NCBI GenBank assembly: GCA_018812765.1
Contig: JAHJDB010000048.1
Coordinates: 1-34,674 of the forward strand
Direction of reading: 5' to 3'
Length of the DNA stretch: 34,674 nucleotides
Source of the DNA: Nanobdellota archaeon
GTDB taxonomy: Archaea; Nanobdellota; Nanobdellia; Woesearchaeales; GW2011-AR9
Below are positions 31,346 through 34,674 of this stretch, one piece after another. Position 1 is the first letter of the stretch. Each line of letters opens with the position of its first letter. A program made the position numbers and the translations under genes. Below the pieces are notes generated by a model that worked only from the letters and a program-made list of their open reading frames with translations, was not told the origin of the DNA and made no database searches.

Positions 31346-33027
31346 TTTTTTAATGTAAGTAGCTTTAAAATCTTAGAAAGGTCTAACTCTAATCCCGCCA
31401 GAGGCATCTTTAAGTCCCATTTTTCTAATACTTCTGGACTTATTTCTCCAACAATGCCGCTTTCTTTTCCTTGGATTAGAACCCTTCCAACCCTTCCAGG
31501 AATAAAAGAATTATGTTCAGTTTCTTTAATTTCATATTCTAAATCCAGGAAACTCATTATCGAGTCAAGGACCTGTTTTATTTTTGTGAAGTCTGTCTTG
31601 TCTTCACAGACTAAACAAGTAAGCTTATCAACATTCCTTGCTCTTACATCTTTTTTATTATCAGGAATAATTACAGTTCCAATCTCAAAAACGTTCTGAG
31701 GATATTCTTTGTTTCTATTAGCAACAAGGGCTTTTATTAATTCTGGCAGAAGCCATTTTCTAACCATATTTAAGTTTTGATCTTGAGTATTCTTTCCTAG
31801 AGAGACATATTCTTCGACAACAAGATTCATTTTTTCAAATTGGTCTTGATGATTAGTTAGAGCGAAAGTTTTTAATTCTATTAAATTAAAGCCGATTAAG
31901 AAGTTGCAGATATCTTCTATCAAAATGTTTAAAGGAAGCATGTTTCCAATAGTTGATACATTAGGCAGCGTAGGAACAATGTTGTTATATCCATATCCCC
32001 TAGCTACATCATCAGCTATATCTACTTCATGCCAGATATCAGTTCTTATAGAAGGGATTTTTACAGTTATCTTTTCTCCTTCTGTCTTTAAAACAGAGTA
32101 TTCCATCTTCTGGAGAAGTTCAACAACTTCGTTTGGTTTTAGATCAAGACCAATAAGGTTCTTGATTGTTTTTATGTTAATAGTCTCATCCCTGGTTTTT
32201 AAAGAAGGGCAAACAAAAACCCCGTTTTCAGATTCAATCTTGACGGAGAAGATTTTTCCACCCCAATCATAGAACATTGTAGCAAGAATATTCAGGACAT
32301 TATCTAAAGAATCTTCATCCGGACCAGTACATTCTACAAATATATCTTTTGTTTGATTATCTATCTTCCCTAAATTATCAGAGTTTATTATCGGTGGTAA
32401 AGATAGAACTTGTCCTTTAGCATCAATCTGAAGAGGATAATATTCAAATCCTTCTAATAAGCTCGCATAATTCTTCCCGGTAGGATGTTTTTGTAAAATT
32501 TCTCTTCCATTCATAATCGTGTTCATTCCCAAAGGGACAAACTTAATCTCCTCGGGTTTTTTCACAGTATAAGTTATCGGAAAATTAACCTTGTTGAGGT
32601 TGTACACTCCTATCGCTACTTTTTTTCTTTTTCTACCGTAAGTGTCATGTATTTTTTCTTGAATCCACATCAATGATTTGATGTTTTCATCGACAAAAGT
32701 TAATCCTTTAACTACAAAAGATCTAGTGTAAGGCCTATACTCTTTAACCGATGAATCTACTTTATGAACGTAATTATTTTTCTCTGTGCTTAATTTTACC
32801 TCTTCATACTTTTTTGTAAATCCTTTATAACAATTAACGGCTCTTGCTAAACCTTCGGGAGTGATGAGGTCAATTCTTTCAGCAGTTATCTCTATTTTGA
32901 TCTCGTCTCCTTCAACATTATCAAGTTCCATACCCAGGTCAGATAAAACCTGTCCAAGCTCTTCAATAGAGATCTTTTCTTTGATTAGTTCTTGAATTCT
33001 TTTGAAACTGGTGTCTACAATTACCAT
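31342..33027 (-). CDS. pheT: Phenylalanine--tRNA ligase beta subunit (archaeal type)
   Basis: 561 aa. Archaeal PheT layout (N-terminal B1/B5-like regions, EVDIADDVARGYGYNNI block, C-terminal catalytic-like domain). It sits directly downstream of pheS. Confidence 0.88.
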   Translation of the reverse strand: MVIVDTSFKRIQELIKEKISIEELGQVLSDLGMELDNVEGDEIKIEITAERIDLITPEGLARAVNCYKGFTKKYEEVKLSTEKNNYVHKVDSSVKEYRPYTRSFVVKGLTFVDENIKSLMWIQEKIHDTYGRKRKKVAIGVYNLNKVNFPITYTVKKPEEIKFVPLGMNTIMNGREILQKHPTGKNYASLLEGFEYYPLQIDAKGQVLSLPPIINSDNLGKIDNQTKDIFVECTGPDEDSLDNVLNILATMFYDWGGKIFSVKIESENGVFVCPSLKTRDETINIKTIKNLIGLDLKPNEVVELLQKMEYSVLKTEGEKITVKIPSIRTDIWHEVDIADDVARGYGYNNIVPTLPNVSTIGNMLPLNILIEDICNFLIGFNLIELKTFALTNHQDQFEKMNLVVEEYVSLGKNTQDQNLNMVRKWLLPELIKALVANRNKEYPQNVFEIGTVIIPDNKKDVRARNVDKLTCLVCEDKTDFTKIKQVLDSIMSFLDLEYEIKETEHNSFIPGRVGRVLIQGKESGIVGEISPEVLEKWDLKMPLAGLELDLSKILKLLTLKK

Positions 33028-33028
33028 C

Positions 33029-34558
33029 TTAGATTGTTTTTACCCTCTGATGTTTTTTAATCCATTCAAAATCTACTTCTGGGCCAAAGAGATCTTTCAG
33101 TTTGTTTTTGCCAGTTAAAATTGCTGCAATTCTTGATGAGCCCATGCCCCAAGCAATCACAGATTTTTTAATTCCATAAGGGGCCAATGCTTCTGGTCTA
33201 AAAATTCCTGAGTTGATTAAAGCATACCATTTACCCATCTTTTCATTATAATAATGGGCTTCCATGCTTGGTTCTGTATAGGGATTAAAAGTAGGTTTAA
33301 ATCTAATTTTAGTTATCCCTAATTTGGCATAGAACTCTTTGATAAAACCCATCAAATCTGCCAAGGTGAGATTATCTCCCATGATAAAACCTTCAGCTTG
33401 TCCAAATTCAGGGAGATGGGTTGCATCGGTGGCCTCGTTTCTGAAATTATCAGCGATGTAAAAATATTTACAATCACAGTTTAGTTTCTTTTCGTAGAAG
33501 TATCTGAAAGTAGTTGCAGTACTATGCTGTCTTAAAATCAGTTTTTTGGCTAATTCCGGGTCCCATTTTTTAGTATGACCAGTAGAACCAGTATTATATC
33601 CATTTTCATGAGCAGCCTTAACTTTGTTGACAAATTCTTTATCTGGCAAATCTCCATCTTTATCAAGATAAAATGTGTCTTGGGCTTCTCTCATGGGATG
33701 ATCTTGAGCAATCCACATCGAATCCATGCCCCAGAAAGCTGTTTCAACCCAAGGGCCAGCCATCTCTTGAAAGCCCATTTCTAAGAAAGCTTTTCTGATA
33801 ATGTTTAATGCTTCATTGTAAGGATGTCTTCTTCCACCATCAATCTTGGGAACATTAATCTCCACATCATAAGCCCGGAATTGTTTGTCTTTCCAAGTGC
33901 CTTGTTTCAACATTCCAGGAGTAAGACGATTAACAACTTCCCCACCTAAGTCTAAAGAAGCAAGCTGAATTCCTAGTTCAGTAAGCTTAACAGTAGTTAG
34001 TTTAAGTTCTTCAACTTTTAAGATGTCTTTCCTCTTTTTCAATTCATCAAAAGAGTATTTGTCAATATCTTTAATAGCGTCTAAATCAAGAGGAAATTCT
34101 TTCTTTAGAAATTGTTCTTCTAAAGAATCTTGTTGAAGAAGTTTCTGGCCTTGTTCAGTTATCTTAACCTGAAGGATTTCTCCCGGCTTAATGTCAATTG
34201 CAACTTTTTTTCTGAGCAGTCCAAGACAGGCGTTAACTTCTTCCCGGGATAGTCTTGATTTTTTAGTAAGTACGTTCAGGCCCTTATATTCTTCAGAAAG
34301 AGCCGCTAAAAATTCTTTTTCAGGCAATCCTTCTTTTTTATAGATCAAGCCGTTTTTGTCCAAAGAGACTATCTTTTTCTTTTCGATGCTGATACTAAGA
34401 ATTTTTTTGTTCTCTAACCATTGTAAGGCACGCATAACCTCAATCTCTTGTAATTTAGCTTTTTTAGAAATTGCCGATAGTTCTGTCTCTTCTTTAAGTA
34501 TAGGCAACACCGCTCTTTCTAAGGGGTGAAGCTTGGCAACTAAGTTATCGGTGTCCAT
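33029..34558 (-). CDS. pheS: Phenylalanine--tRNA ligase alpha subunit
   Basis: Class II core: HPMREAQDTFY, LRQHSTATTFRY, FRNE..DATHLPEFGQAEG and GMGSSRIAAI. The N-terminus has winged-helix-like repeats typical of archaeal/eukaryal PheS. Confidence 0.92.
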   Translation of the reverse strand: MDTDNLVAKLHPLERAVLPILKEETELSAISKKAKLQEIEVMRALQWLENKKILSISIEKKKIVSLDKNGLIYKKEGLPEKEFLAALSEEYKGLNVLTKKSRLSREEVNACLGLLRKKVAIDIKPGEILQVKITEQGQKLLQQDSLEEQFLKKEFPLDLDAIKDIDKYSFDELKKRKDILKVEELKLTTVKLTELGIQLASLDLGGEVVNRLTPGMLKQGTWKDKQFRAYDVEINVPKIDGGRRHPYNEALNIIRKAFLEMGFQEMAGPWVETAFWGMDSMWIAQDHPMREAQDTFYLDKDGDLPDKEFVNKVKAAHENGYNTGSTGHTKKWDPELAKKLILRQHSTATTFRYFYEKKLNCDCKYFYIADNFRNEATDATHLPEFGQAEGFIMGDNLTLADLMGFIKEFYAKLGITKIRFKPTFNPYTEPSMEAHYYNEKMGKWYALINSGIFRPEALAPYGIKKSVIAWGMGSSRIAAILTGKNKLKDLFGPEVDFEWIKKHQRVKTI

Positions 34559-34580
34559 TGACAGTTAGAATAAGGGTGTA

Positions 34581-34588
34581 TTTATAAA
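34581..34588 (-). promoter_or_regulatory. TATA box for the pheS-pheT-NIF3 operon
   Basis: TTTATAAA is centred about 26 nt upstream of the ATG at 34558, with no SD. Confidence 0.5.
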
Positions 34589-34674
34589 ATTTTGTTGATT
34601 TGAACAGTCGTAAGACGGTTTTTAATGTAAACTCCTTTTTTATAAAAGTAAAGTAATATAAATAATAAAAATTA

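Noticed and set aside
31454-33784. Plus-strand ORFs 31454..31699, 31904..32272 and 33575..33784 opposite pheT/pheS
   Set aside because: They are antisense to confidently identified PheRS subunits, and their products are low-complexity.

Overview
AT-rich archaeal chromosome segment. It carries archaea/eukaryote-type genes (eL32, eL19, eS4, eL34, eL14, Nop5, fibrillarin, RFC, aIF1, Rpp29). The compact gene-dense layout and lysine/glutamate-rich protein tails suggest a DPANN-like small-genome archaeon, but that assignment is inference. The core (12326-27014, + strand) is the canonical archaeal ribosomal-protein super-operon L3-L4-L23-L2-S19-L22-S3-L29-aIF1-Rpp29-S17-L14-L24-S4e-L5-S14-S8-L6-L32e-L19e-L18-S5-L30-L15-SecY. 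It is followed by a DUF106/YidC-like insertase, a membrane-anchored thioredoxin-fold protein, and L34e-L14e. The left flank holds a PRC-barrel gene, a translationally coupled Na+/H+ antiporter and MscS channel, RFC small subunit, a DnaQ-like exonuclease, an ASCH-like protein, two paralogous Cys-rich lipobox proteins, a ferredoxin, an EEP nuclease/phosphatase, and a nop5...flpA operon. The right flank holds pheS-pheT-NIF3 on the minus strand. No CRISPR array, rRNA, tRNA or mobile element was recognised. Points worth a second look: (1) nop5 and flpA are split by tightly coupled MazG-like and CYTH genes. (2) A three-tier hairpin plus a related second hairpin lies directly after the flpA stop codon. 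(3) A 420-bp non-coding region sits upstream of rpl3. (4) Many ribosomal proteins carry long Lys/Glu tails. (5) adk and cmk are absent from their usual positions, with an orphan antisense ORF where adk normally sits. (6) The YidC-like protein has a roughly 120-aa insert between TM2 and TM3. (7) The thioredoxin-fold protein has a monothiol CPYG site. Transcription units mostly start with a TATA box about 26 nt upstream of the ATG, which suggests leaderless mRNAs. Internal genes use SD-like sites or ATGA/TAATG overlaps.
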